Assembly: GCA_002784465.1 (NCBI GenBank) | Contig: PFLE01000004.1 | Coordinates: forward strand, 8,494 to 72,493 | Length of the DNA: 64,000 nt | Direction: 5' to 3' | DNA from: Candidatus Shapirobacteria bacterium CG_4_10_14_0_8_um_filter_39_15 | Lineage (GTDB): Bacteria > Patescibacteriota > Microgenomatia > UM-FILTER-39-15 | Part shown: positions 55,377 to 64,000 of the stretch, piece by piece | Position numbering within the stretch: position 1 is the first letter of the stretch | How the letters are laid out: each line of letters begins with the position of its first letter | Notes under the pieces: generated by a model | The model's database searches: none | What the model saw: only the letters and a program-made list of their open reading frames with translations | What the model was told of the DNA's origin: nothing | Program-made: the position numbers and the translations under genes

Positions 55377-56123
55377 ATGGAGCCAAAGATTATTTTTGAA
55401 GATGATTATCTGCTTGTTTTGGACAAACCTTCTGGTTGGGTAGTTAATGATGCGGAAACTACTAAAGGGCAAAAAACTGTACAGGACTGGCTTCGCCAGA
55501 ATTTTCAATTTTCAATTTTCAGTTTTCAAGAAATGCGGAATGGAATTGTGCATCGTTTAGATAAGGAAACTTCTGGAATATTGCTGGTTGCCAAAACACC
55601 GGAAGCATTTGTGGAACTCCAACGCCAATTCAAGGAAAGAATTGTCAAAAAAACCTATTTTGCTTTGGTGCATGGGAAGGTTGAACCGGCTGAAGGGGAA
55701 ATCAACGCGCCGGTAGGCAGAACTTCTTGGAATCGCGAGCGGTTTGGTATTACCTTGGAAGGAAAAGAAGCCAAGACAAAGTATAAAGTTCTATCCCGCT
55801 TCACGCGTCTTGTTTACCCTGTAAGGGCTTCTTGTTTCTCTTTAGTTGAGCTTTATCCCGAGTCAGGAAGAACACATCAGATACGGGTTCATATGCAATA
55901 CCGCGGTTATCCGCTGGTCGGCGATGAATTTTATGCCGGAAAAAAAACCGCGGCCGAAGACCGGAAATGGTGCCCGAGAGTTTTTCTCCATGCCGCCAAG
56001 ATTTCTTTCTTGAATCCAAAAACTGGTAAACCAGTTGAATTTAAATCGTCATTACCAGAGGAATTGGAAAACGTCTTGTCGTCATTCCGAGTGAAATCCT
56101 TACAGGGTAAACGAGGAATCTAA
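55377..56123 (+). CDS. RluA-family pseudouridine synthase
   Basis: Catalytic HRLDKETSGILLVAK motif. The C-terminal tail is encoded by a hairpin repeat, and an in-frame AATTTTC x3 repeat encodes NFQFSIFSFQ. Confidence 0.85.
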   Translation: MEPKIIFEDDYLLVLDKPSGWVVNDAETTKGQKTVQDWLRQNFQFSIFSFQEMRNGIVHRLDKETSGILLVAKTPEAFVELQRQFKERIVKKTYFALVHGKVEPAEGEINAPVGRTSWNRERFGITLEGKEAKTKYKVLSRFTRLVYPVRASCFSLVELYPESGRTHQIRVHMQYRGYPLVGDEFYAGKKTAAEDRKWCPRVFLHAAKISFLNPKTGKPVEFKSSLPEELENVLSSFRVKSLQGKRGI

Positions 56124-56184
56124 CGAAGTCAAGTCAGACTTGGCGAAGCGTTGCCACTAGATCCTTCGCTACGCCCAGGATGAC
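56081..56184. repeat. Hairpin repeat R, copy 9 (translated as the RluA C-terminal tail)
   Basis: GTCATTCCGAGTGAAATCCTTACAGGGTAAACGAGGAATCTAACG ... CAAGTCAGACTTGG ... CTAGATCCTTCGCTACGCCCAGGATGAC. It shares modules with copies 1, 2 and 8. Confidence 0.8.
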
Positions 56185-56231
56185 ATTACTCTGATTGACT
56201 GCTTGCTTGATCTGGTTTAGTATAGTATTTA

Positions 56232-57926
56232 ATGCCCGATACGGTTCTTGCTTTTAATCTTCTGGCGATTTTGATATTAGCCTTAATCGGCGGCTTGATT
56301 GCCAAAAAAATCCGCCAACCGCTAATTTTAGGTTATGTTCTTTCCGGAATTCTGTTGGGCGGATTAATTATTCGGACGGCTCAAGGTCAGCAGGCGATTG
56401 GCAGCTTGGCGGAAATCGGCGTTGCCCTATTAATGTTTTCCATTGGGGTTGAATTCTCTTTTTCCCGCTTAAGCAAAGTTAGAAACATTGCCTTTTGGGG
56501 TGCCTTAATTCAAATTTTACTGACAATTTTGTTTGGTGTGGTGGTTTTTCCAAAATTTGGTTTTGATTTTTATACCTCATTATTTTTAGGGTCTTGTTTT
56601 TCCCTTTCCTCAACGGCGATCGTGACCAAAATTCTGGCCGAAAAGGGCGAGTTGGATACCTTACCCGGGGAAATTATGATTGGTTGGTTGTTAGTTCAAG
56701 ATTTAGCGGTTTTGCCAATGGTTTTAATATTACCCCAGATTTTCGCTCTGGGAAGTCTTGGTTTGAGTAATATTCTTTTGACAATTGGAAAAATTATTTT
56801 TTTGTTGGGTTTATGTTTAGTTTTAGGCCGGGCTTTAATTCCTCGATTGATGGACAAGGTAGCGGCGGTTAATTCAAGAGAAATTCTTATTTTGACGGTT
56901 GTCACTTTATGCCTACTTTCCGCTTTCGGGACTTCCGTTTTGGGTTTGTCTTTCGCTCTGGGAGCGTTTTTGGCCGGTATATTAATTTCCGAATCGGCCC
57001 AAAATCACGCGGTTTTTTCCGAAATTCGGCCATTGCGGGATGTTTTTTCGATTGTCTTTTTTGTTTCTTTGGGCCTGATGCTGACCCCGTCGTTTTTTCT
57101 GGCCAATTTACGATTGATTTTGGGACTGGCTTTAATGATAATCTCGGTGAAGTTTGTTATTTGTTTGATCGTCTCTCTCTTTTTAGGCTATCACTTTAAA
57201 GTTTCCTTTCTGGTGGCCGCCGGATTGGTCCAAATCGGAGAATTTTCCTTTGTTTTGGGCCGGCTCGGGTTGGGGCAAAATTTAATTTCAACGGAAACCT
57301 ATTCACTGATAATTTCCGTGGCCTTAGTTACCATTACCCTCACGCCGTTTATTTTTAATTGGGCGCCGAAAATTTACAGATATTTAATCAAATCCCGCTT
57401 CCGGCCTTATCTTTTGAAAAACGATTGCGGGAGTTTAGGAGACCAGCTTCAATTGGAAAACCATATTGTCATTTGCGGCTACGGCCGGGTAGGGGGTTGG
57501 CTGGGAAGAGCCTTGATGCTTTGCCAAATTCCTTTTGTGGTGGTTGATTATAATCACGAAGTCGTAAAAGATTTGAGAAATAAAGGTGTACCGGTTGTTT
57601 ATGGCGATCCGGTGGATATCGAAGTTTTGAATTATGCTCGGGTCGATCGGGCAAGAGTGGTTGTCATTGCAATCCCGGATCAACATACTCAAGAGATGGT
57701 GGTGGTGAATGCTCTTGGGTTAAACCCGAAAATTAAAATCGTTTGCCGGACCCACCATCAGGAAAATCGGAATCGGCTTAAGGCTTTGGGAGTGCAAACC
57801 ATTATTCAACCGGAATTTGAGGCTTCTTTGTCGATTATTCATCGGATTGTTCAGGATATGGGATATACCAGCGAGGAAGTTTCCGGCAAAATTAAACGGA
57901 TCAGGTTGGAATATTCTTCCGAATGA
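56232..57926 (+). CDS. Kef-type (CPA2) monovalent cation:proton antiporter with C-terminal RCK/TrkA-N domain
   Basis: About 12 TM helices followed by a Rossmann GxGxxG motif (IVICGYGRVGGWLGRAL). Confidence 0.8.
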   Translation: MPDTVLAFNLLAILILALIGGLIAKKIRQPLILGYVLSGILLGGLIIRTAQGQQAIGSLAEIGVALLMFSIGVEFSFSRLSKVRNIAFWGALIQILLTILFGVVVFPKFGFDFYTSLFLGSCFSLSSTAIVTKILAEKGELDTLPGEIMIGWLLVQDLAVLPMVLILPQIFALGSLGLSNILLTIGKIIFLLGLCLVLGRALIPRLMDKVAAVNSREILILTVVTLCLLSAFGTSVLGLSFALGAFLAGILISESAQNHAVFSEIRPLRDVFSIVFFVSLGLMLTPSFFLANLRLILGLALMIISVKFVICLIVSLFLGYHFKVSFLVAAGLVQIGEFSFVLGRLGLGQNLISTETYSLIISVALVTITLTPFIFNWAPKIYRYLIKSRFRPYLLKNDCGSLGDQLQLENHIVICGYGRVGGWLGRALMLCQIPFVVVDYNHEVVKDLRNKGVPVVYGDPVDIEVLNYARVDRARVVVIAIPDQHTQEMVVVNALGLNPKIKIVCRTHHQENRNRLKALGVQTIIQPEFEASLSIIHRIVQDMGYTSEEVSGKIKRIRLEYSSE

Positions 57927-58840
57927 AAAAGAATTATCGGTTTTTGTTTTGGATTATTATTGCGCTTATCTTGGTGCCCTTGGGTTTGAAAATATTTTAT
58001 TCGTTTTCCCGCAGCGTGTGGGATGGTAAACAAAGAATTAATTTCGTAATCGAAAATTCGCGAATAAACCTTGTTTCCTATTCACCAACCAATCAAGAAT
58101 TGACATTGATTACTCTTCCGGACGAACTTTTATTAAATGTGCCTCGGGGTTATGGTGAATTTACCGCCAGAGCTTTGCCAAAGTTGGTGAGTCAGGAAAA
58201 AAGGCCGGAATTATTAAAAGAAACAATTCAAGAAAATTTTGCCGTTCCGGTTGACGGCTGGATAAATGTTAGTAATTTTGGAAAAGAAAATAATCCCAGA
58301 AATCGTGTCACCGATGCTTTTATAGCGGCGCTGAAATTAAACGGATTGACAAATCTATCAGATTGGGACCTGATTAGGTTTTGGTGGGCAGCTCGGGCGG
58401 TCAGAAGCAGTAATATTCAATCGATCGACCTTTCGGATTACCGATGTTTGGTGGAAGGAAAACTTCCGGATGGCACGCCGATTTTTAAATTGAATCAGGA
58501 AATGCTTGACTCGGTGATTCAAAAATATTTTCCGGATGATTCCCTGCGCGCCTCTAACTTAACCGTTCAGATTTTAAACGGAACTGATCATTCCGGTTTG
58601 GGTCAATCGGCCTCAAGAATTCTTACCAATATGGGAATAAAGATTATTGATGTTGGCAATATGGGGAACGGAATTGAGAAGTGCGAAGTGAGAGGCGGGG
58701 AGGAATTAAAGAATTCTTATATCGTCAAAAAAATATCGGGAATATTTAATTGCGACTGGTTGGAGTTAACCGAAAAAGGCCGGTCGGATATTATCGTTGT
58801 TATTGGTGAAAATTATTGGAGAAAATTAAATATCAAATAA
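57923..58840 (+). CDS. LytR-CpsA-Psr (LCP)-family protein with LytR_C-like C-terminal domain
   Basis: N-terminal TM helix, a LCP-like core, and a C-terminal NLTVQILNGTDHSGLGQSASRILTNMGIKI segment. Confidence 0.45.
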   Translation: MKKNYRFLFWIIIALILVPLGLKIFYSFSRSVWDGKQRINFVIENSRINLVSYSPTNQELTLITLPDELLLNVPRGYGEFTARALPKLVSQEKRPELLKETIQENFAVPVDGWINVSNFGKENNPRNRVTDAFIAALKLNGLTNLSDWDLIRFWWAARAVRSSNIQSIDLSDYRCLVEGKLPDGTPIFKLNQEMLDSVIQKYFPDDSLRASNLTVQILNGTDHSGLGQSASRILTNMGIKIIDVGNMGNGIEKCEVRGGEELKNSYIVKKISGIFNCDWLELTEKGRSDIIVVIGENYWRKLNIK

Positions 58841-59668
58841 CTATTCTTCCAAATTATGGTCCAGCGGTTCTTCTTCAGGCGTTTCATCATTTTTGTCGTC
58901 ATCGGTTTTTTCATCACTGCCTTCAGCATCGGCCATTTCCGGTCGGGTTTCGTGTACCAGGTCAGGTGGGACGAAAGCGGAATAAGCAATTTCCTGGGGA
59001 GGAAACGAGGATAAATTGACGAATTTTTTTGAGCGAAAAATTTCCCGAATGAAAATTTTTATTTCTCCGGGTTCGATTGATTTGATATTCACTTCGTATT
59101 TGTTTCCACCCTTTAAGAAAGAAATCAACCTTAAGGATAAGTCGTCGGCCAATTTGCCCAAATAAACGCCTTTTTTGGTGGTGGCAACAATCGTTCTTTT
59201 TTTGGGGACAATTTCAATTTCATCGCCGATTGAAAGAGAAAGAACAATTTCTTTTTCGGCGATTTCAACCAAAGAAGTAGTTTTCGTTTTCCCGGGATCT
59301 TCCAAAAAGAGATTGGGATTTAAAGGCGCTTTGGATTCGCATTTGGAGAATTTTTTTGTGGCGATCGTCAATAAGTTTTTTTGAGCAATTTGATTATAAG
59401 GATCTAGTTTCAGAACCTTGTTGAAATATTTTTTGGCGGTTTCGGCCTTGCCCAATTCCAGGTAAGCATGACCGAGGCGATTCAAAGCCTCAATATTTTC
59501 CGGATTGGCTTTAACGATTTGTTCGTTACATTTAACCGCTTCTTTCCAATCCTGAACTAAAGCGGCGGTGATGGCTTGTTGCGTTAGGTCGTCAGTCATA
59601 TTAATTAAGCTAGTTAATTTTATAAGGGTTGTCAAGCCCGAATTTCGGTAATTATCCCTTGACATCAT
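58841..59668 (-). CDS. TPR-repeat protein with acidic C-terminal tail
   Basis: TPR units (EALNRLGHAYLELGKAETAKKYFNKVLKLDPYNQIAQ) and a C-terminal DDDKNDETPEEEP tail. Confidence 0.55.
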   Translation of the reverse strand: MMSRDNYRNSGLTTLIKLTSLINMTDDLTQQAITAALVQDWKEAVKCNEQIVKANPENIEALNRLGHAYLELGKAETAKKYFNKVLKLDPYNQIAQKNLLTIATKKFSKCESKAPLNPNLFLEDPGKTKTTSLVEIAEKEIVLSLSIGDEIEIVPKKRTIVATTKKGVYLGKLADDLSLRLISFLKGGNKYEVNIKSIEPGEIKIFIREIFRSKKFVNLSSFPPQEIAYSAFVPPDLVHETRPEMADAEGSDEKTDDDKNDETPEEEPLDHNLEE

Positions 59669-59673
59669 GTAAT

Positions 59674-60375
59674 ATGAAAGATAAATTTAGCCTCGGTGGT
59701 TTTCTTAAGAAATATAGAAATGATGAGGTTTGTTTAGAGTATCTTGTTAAGATTAAACATCCTTCCGGAATCTTTTGTAAGAAGTGTCAAAAAATAACAA
59801 ATTTTACTAAGGTTAAAGACAGACCGGTTTATCAATGTTCCTGCGGGTATCAAATATCTCCTCTTTCTGGAACTATCTTTGAAAAGACAACCACTCCTCT
59901 TCAGTATTGGTTCTATGCCATATTTATTATGAGTGTAACAAGGTCGGGGGTATCAGCTAAACAATTACAAAGAGAATTAGGAGTAACATATAAAACTGCG
60001 TGGAGAATCTTTAAAATGAAATACCAAAGGAAGTAGTCATGGGGATGATAAAAAGATCGAATACCGGGAAGGGTGGAGAAAAAGCATACCTTAAACATAT
60101 TCCCAATACAGGCAAATGGTTTCTTCTTCAGCAAATTAAAGATCATATAGACCCTAAGGCCAGAGTTATCACTGATGAATATTACGGATATACCCAACTT
60201 AAAAGATACGGATACAATCAATGGAGTATATAGAGTTGTTTCTAAAAAGTATTTACAGGCATATATTGATAAGTATAGTTGGAGATACAATAACAGAATG
60301 TTTAAAGACAGAATGTTTGAAAGGTTACTTGGTGAAATCGTAAATGTTAAAGCTTTTCCAGTAAGAATTATTTAA
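59674..60375 (+). pseudogene. IS1595-family (ISXO2-like) transposase, frameshifted into three ORFs and internally shortened
   Basis: N-terminal zinc-ribbon/HTH (EVCLEYLVKIKHPSGIFCKKCQK ... CSCGYQISPLSGTIF ... LQRELGVTYKTAWRIFKMK), an RVITDEYYGY block, and the C-terminal YIDKYSWRYNNR motif typical of IS1595 transposases. These are spread over 59674..60036, 60039..60233 and 60175..60375. Confidence 0.6.
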
Positions 60376-60451
60376 TTTACATGTTCTTATATTTATATAA
60401 GAATGAAGAATCTGTATTTTTATCATAATTGGCTTCAAAAACATTAATTTT

Positions 60452-62014
60452 TTGTACCCACACGTAGGTACTATTTGCTTCTTAACTTTTTGTTTGATAC
60501 ACTTAAATTTGAGACATATGGAAGAAGAGAATATTAATCAAGAACAATTAGTAGTGAATCAGGTTAGGGATCAAGGGAATCAAACAATTTCTTTAAAAAA
60601 AAGAGGATATCTTTTCCTGATTGTTAGTCTAATATTAGTTTCGTTTCTTATTGGTGGTGCATATTATTTAGGAATGAATAATACCAAACAAACGCCAACT
60701 TCATTTTCTTCCTTTAATCAAAGTACCCCACAACCCACAGTTAATCAGTTACCACAAGGGTCAAAAATATTAATTCAGGAAGGAAATGGACCATCGGGCA
60801 ATTCAACATTTTCTATACTTGATTTGGAAACAAAACAAAAAAGCCTAATTATACCTTCGGATTTATCCCCTAATAATCAGCAAGAACCAAGTTTTGTAAT
60901 TTCTCCCGATAAAAGATACGTAGGAGTAATGACAAGTACAAGTACGTCAAAAACTCAAGAATCTGATCTATATATTTTCTCATTAATCGATCATAGTTCT
61001 AAAAAATTGGCAAGCAATTTAAATCCTCCACCTTTTGATATTGTCTTTACCAATGGCATGACTGTATATTCTGGTCTTACCTGGTCACCAGATAGCCATA
61101 AAATTGTATTTTTATCTGGGGTAACGAGAAAACCAGAGTTGTGGATGGTTGATATTGATGGAAATAATTTAAAACGGATAACGAATGATGGTACATTTAA
61201 AGTTAATTTACAGTGGTCACCGGATGGTACAAAAATTTTATATAGATCTCTCGCAAACAACAATTTAACCGGAACGGTTTATCTATATGATGTTAACACT
61301 GGAAATAATACCCAACTGAATGTGAGTTCTAATAGTTTTCTTCAAAAGCTGTTGAAAGATGATAATGATTATCGAATACCTTATATATGGATAGATTCTG
61401 ACACTTTATTGATTACTGTTCCTTCCTTTTCTGTTAATCAAAAAGCAGATCTTCAAGGATTATGGCTTTTAACAGTTTCAACTGTTCAGACCAAAAGGAT
61501 AGTTTCGAAACCATTATCCCCGAATGATCAGTTGTATATTAGTCCTGATAAAAAACAAGTAGTTTTTGTTAGAAACGAAGAAAAAACCGGAGCGATAGGT
61601 ATGACATATAACAGTTGGTTGTCCAATTTAGACGGGACAGGACTTACCGATTTAGGAGTAAGAATAAATTCTGTGAGTTGGTCGCCAGACAGTAACTCTT
61701 TTGTTTATGCTACTACCCCAAATAATAACATGATAGGTTTGTGGATTTACAATATTGCTACAAAAAACACAAATAAAATTTTGGGGTTAGATGGCATGAA
61801 GAGTACATATCTGTCTAATATTACTTGGTCACCTGACTCAAAGAGATTATTGCTCCAAGAGATTGTGGTGACAGGAGAAGGTTCTAATGGACCAAGTATA
61901 TCTCAAGAAGAAAATGACAAGCAAGGAGTTTGGTTAGTAAATAACGATGGAACGAATCTACAAAAGATTACAGATTTCGGAAATACCTTAATAACTCCCT
62001 TACTTTGGTATTGA
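60452..62014 (+). CDS. WD40-like (TolB-type PD40) beta-propeller repeat protein with N-terminal TM helix
   Basis: Repeated WSPD motifs (LTWSPDSHKIVF, LQWSPDGTKILY, VSWSPDSNSFVY, ITWSPDSKRLLL). The gene is very AT-rich. Confidence 0.65.
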   Translation: MYPHVGTICFLTFCLIHLNLRHMEEENINQEQLVVNQVRDQGNQTISLKKRGYLFLIVSLILVSFLIGGAYYLGMNNTKQTPTSFSSFNQSTPQPTVNQLPQGSKILIQEGNGPSGNSTFSILDLETKQKSLIIPSDLSPNNQQEPSFVISPDKRYVGVMTSTSTSKTQESDLYIFSLIDHSSKKLASNLNPPPFDIVFTNGMTVYSGLTWSPDSHKIVFLSGVTRKPELWMVDIDGNNLKRITNDGTFKVNLQWSPDGTKILYRSLANNNLTGTVYLYDVNTGNNTQLNVSSNSFLQKLLKDDNDYRIPYIWIDSDTLLITVPSFSVNQKADLQGLWLLTVSTVQTKRIVSKPLSPNDQLYISPDKKQVVFVRNEEKTGAIGMTYNSWLSNLDGTGLTDLGVRINSVSWSPDSNSFVYATTPNNNMIGLWIYNIATKNTNKILGLDGMKSTYLSNITWSPDSKRLLLQEIVVTGEGSNGPSISQEENDKQGVWLVNNDGTNLQKITDFGNTLITPLLWY

Positions 62015-62606
62015 AGTTTCAAAATAATTAATCAGCTATTTATTGAGACTTATTTCTTCTTATCAAATGGTTTATGTTTTGTACTTTCCTTTATTAGCTT
62101 ATTAAAATCACTTCTTTCTATTTCTTTTGTTTCGATGATTTTGTGTAATTTATTGTCCTTAGGATTATTTTTATGTCTTTGTAGAATTCCTTTTAATGTG
62201 AGTGGTTTCAGTTTGATCATATTGTTATTATATCAAATTTAACTTTCTTAAATCTTTCCCCTCCTTATATATAAGGATATAGAAGTAAGACTTTTTGCTC
62301 ATTTAGCTTCATTTTTGGTCCAAAACAGTACAAACACGCTTGTACTAAATATCTGGTTATTTTACATGACGTTTAGGGATACGTGTCCGAATTTCTGTGT
62401 AGCAGAAACGCGGGCGTAGACCCCGTAGACACGCCCTTGCGATGCGTGGATGTAAACCACGGGAGCAAGAAAGTATTCTACTGGGGTCAAGGGGTATTAG
62501 TTTTCTGGTTGGTTGGTTTACTGGTTATCTGGTTATTTTTTCTACCAGAATGCCAGACAACCAGCCAACTAGATAACTAAGTAATTTTCTGGTAAAATAA
62601 TAGATT

Positions 62607-63338
62607 ATGTCGGGACATTCAAAATGGGCAACCATTCATCGCGATAAAGAAATCACCGATGCCAAAAAAGGTCAAGCTTGGACGCGGATTACCAACGCGA
62701 TTATTGTCGCGGTTAGGGAATCCGGCGGCATGACCGATCCGGAAAAGAATTTTAAATTAAGATTAGCCATGGACAAGGGCCATGAAGTAAATATGCCCAA
62801 AGATAATATTGATCGGGCAATTGCTCGTGGAAGTGGAGAAGTGGGAAGTGAGAAGTGGGAAGAAGTTACGTACGAGGGTTATGGTCCCGGTGGAGTAGCG
62901 ATTATGATAGAGACAACCACGGATAATAAAAACCGGACGGCTCAAGAAGTTAAAAATATTTTTGAACGGGGCGGGGGATCATTGGCCAGCCGCGGGGCGG
63001 TAGCTTTTCAATTTGCTTCCAAAGGGTATATCGTTTTGGAAAAACCGGCTAATTCCGAAGAAGCGATTTTAAAAATTATGGATTTAGGGGTGGAGGATGT
63101 GGAGGAAGAGGATGACGCGATTGAAATTTATACTCAACCGGAAGATCTGCAAAAAATTAAAGCCGGTTTGCTGGAAGCTGGTTATCAAGTGAAAAGCTAT
63201 GAATTGGCTTTAAAACCAACGGTTGTGGTTCCCATAAGCGATCAAGCTACGTCTGCTAAAATTTTGACCCTGATGGAAAACTTAGAGAGCCAAAGTGACG
63301 TTCAAAAAGTCTACGCCAATTTTGATATCATCGGTTAG
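62607..63338 (+). CDS. yebC: YebC/PmpR-family transcriptional regulator
   Basis: MSGHSKWATIHRDKEITDAKKGQAWTRITNAIIVAVRESGGMTDPEKNFKLRLAMDKG matches the YebC N-terminus. A GA-rich in-frame repeat sits in a loop. Confidence 0.88.
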   Translation: MSGHSKWATIHRDKEITDAKKGQAWTRITNAIIVAVRESGGMTDPEKNFKLRLAMDKGHEVNMPKDNIDRAIARGSGEVGSEKWEEVTYEGYGPGGVAIMIETTTDNKNRTAQEVKNIFERGGGSLASRGAVAFQFASKGYIVLEKPANSEEAILKIMDLGVEDVEEEDDAIEIYTQPEDLQKIKAGLLEAGYQVKSYELALKPTVVVPISDQATSAKILTLMENLESQSDVQKVYANFDIIG

Positions 63339-63345
63339 ATCCTCA

Positions 63346-64000
63346 TGTCCAAAAGACAAAAATTTATTTTAACTTCGGCGATTCTTTCTTTGGGAATGTT
63401 TTTTGTTCAGGAAATTGACATTAATTTCCGTTATCTGGTTATTTTTATCCTTTCGGGATTGGGGATTGGGTTGACTTTCTGGTCTTTAGCTGAAGCTTTA
63501 TCTGGCATTAGTTGGTTGACAACCGTGATTTTGCCAACACTTTTTACCGCCGGCGTCGGTTATTTTTATTTTTTGCTTCCACAAAATTTACTAGCAAGAA
63601 TTGTTATTTCAATTCTTTACGCGGTCGGTATTTATGCCCTTCTTTTGACAGAAAATATTTTTTCAGTGGCGGCGATTAGAACCATTCAGCTTTTCCGGGC
63701 AGCTCAAGCAGTTGGCTTTATTTTGACTCTTTTTACTTTCTTTTTAATCACCGATACTATTTTTTCTTTAGGACTTAATTTTTATGATAATTTTTTCCTG
63801 GTATTTCTATTTAGTTTCCCGCTATTTATCCAAGGGTTGTGGAGCATCAATTTAGAAAATCATTTATCAAAGAAAATCATTGTTTATGGTTTATTTCTGG
63901 CTCTGGCTGTGGCCCAAATAGCCGTGGTTCTATCTTTTTGGCCTTTAACGATTACCATCAGGGCAGTGGGAGTGACGACTTTGGCATACGTGCTTTTGGG
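63346..64000 (+). CDS. Hypothetical polytopic membrane protein (3' partial, runs off window)
   Basis: The ORF from ATG 63346 (MSKRQKFILTSAILSLGMFF...) has no stop before the window end and contains multiple TM helices. Confidence 0.4.

Noticed and set aside
1-64000. An alternative genetic code, such as UGA read as Gly as in Gracilibacteria or Absconditabacteria
   Set aside because: TGA terminates many conserved genes at their expected lengths (mreB, mreC, mreD, topA, thyX, folD, rpsB, rpmE). TAA and TAG are also used as stops. The single in-frame TAA in nrdD is an isolated anomaly.

Overview
This 64 kb window is gene-dense and low in GC (about 35-40% by eye), with short versions of housekeeping proteins on a mostly co-directional plus strand. 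That profile suggests a streamlined, possibly Candidate Phyla Radiation / Patescibacteria-like genome, which is an inference. The conserved backbone is a cell-wall block (mreB, mreC, mreD, mrdA), then dprA and topA, and a clustered dTMP-synthesis set (nrdD, dut, thyX, tmk, glyA, folD). Further on are rpsB, tsf, frr, rseP, proS, dnaX, ybaB, recR, cysS, rpsF, ssb, rpsR, ctpA, htrA, rpmE, hisS, dnaB, efp, a CPA2 antiporter, yebC, and tRNA-His plus tRNA-Leu on the minus strand. Several unusual layers sit on this backbone. Five paralogs of a winged-helix plus Cas2-like-core (PaaX-like) family are present, and three of them are bracketed by their own private direct repeats. A RAYT (IS200/IS605-type tyrosine transposase) is flanked by a 21-bp perfect palindrome that recurs five times, once in-frame inside recR and once overlapping the topA stop codon. 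At least nine copies of an 60-110 bp hairpin element with GTCATTCTGAGC termini sit at gene ends. Several classes of short sequence occur in-frame inside unrelated housekeeping genes. DnaB carries a 420-aa LAGLIDADG intein. The RF1 gene is anomalous: it lacks domain 1, has a frame junction with rpmE, and has GGH where GGQ is expected. nrdD carries an in-frame TAA. There are degraded IS1595 and IS481-like elements, a RelE/ParE remnant, a truncated apt, and two GC-rich non-coding islands that may be structured RNAs. No CRISPR array or cas operon was seen.
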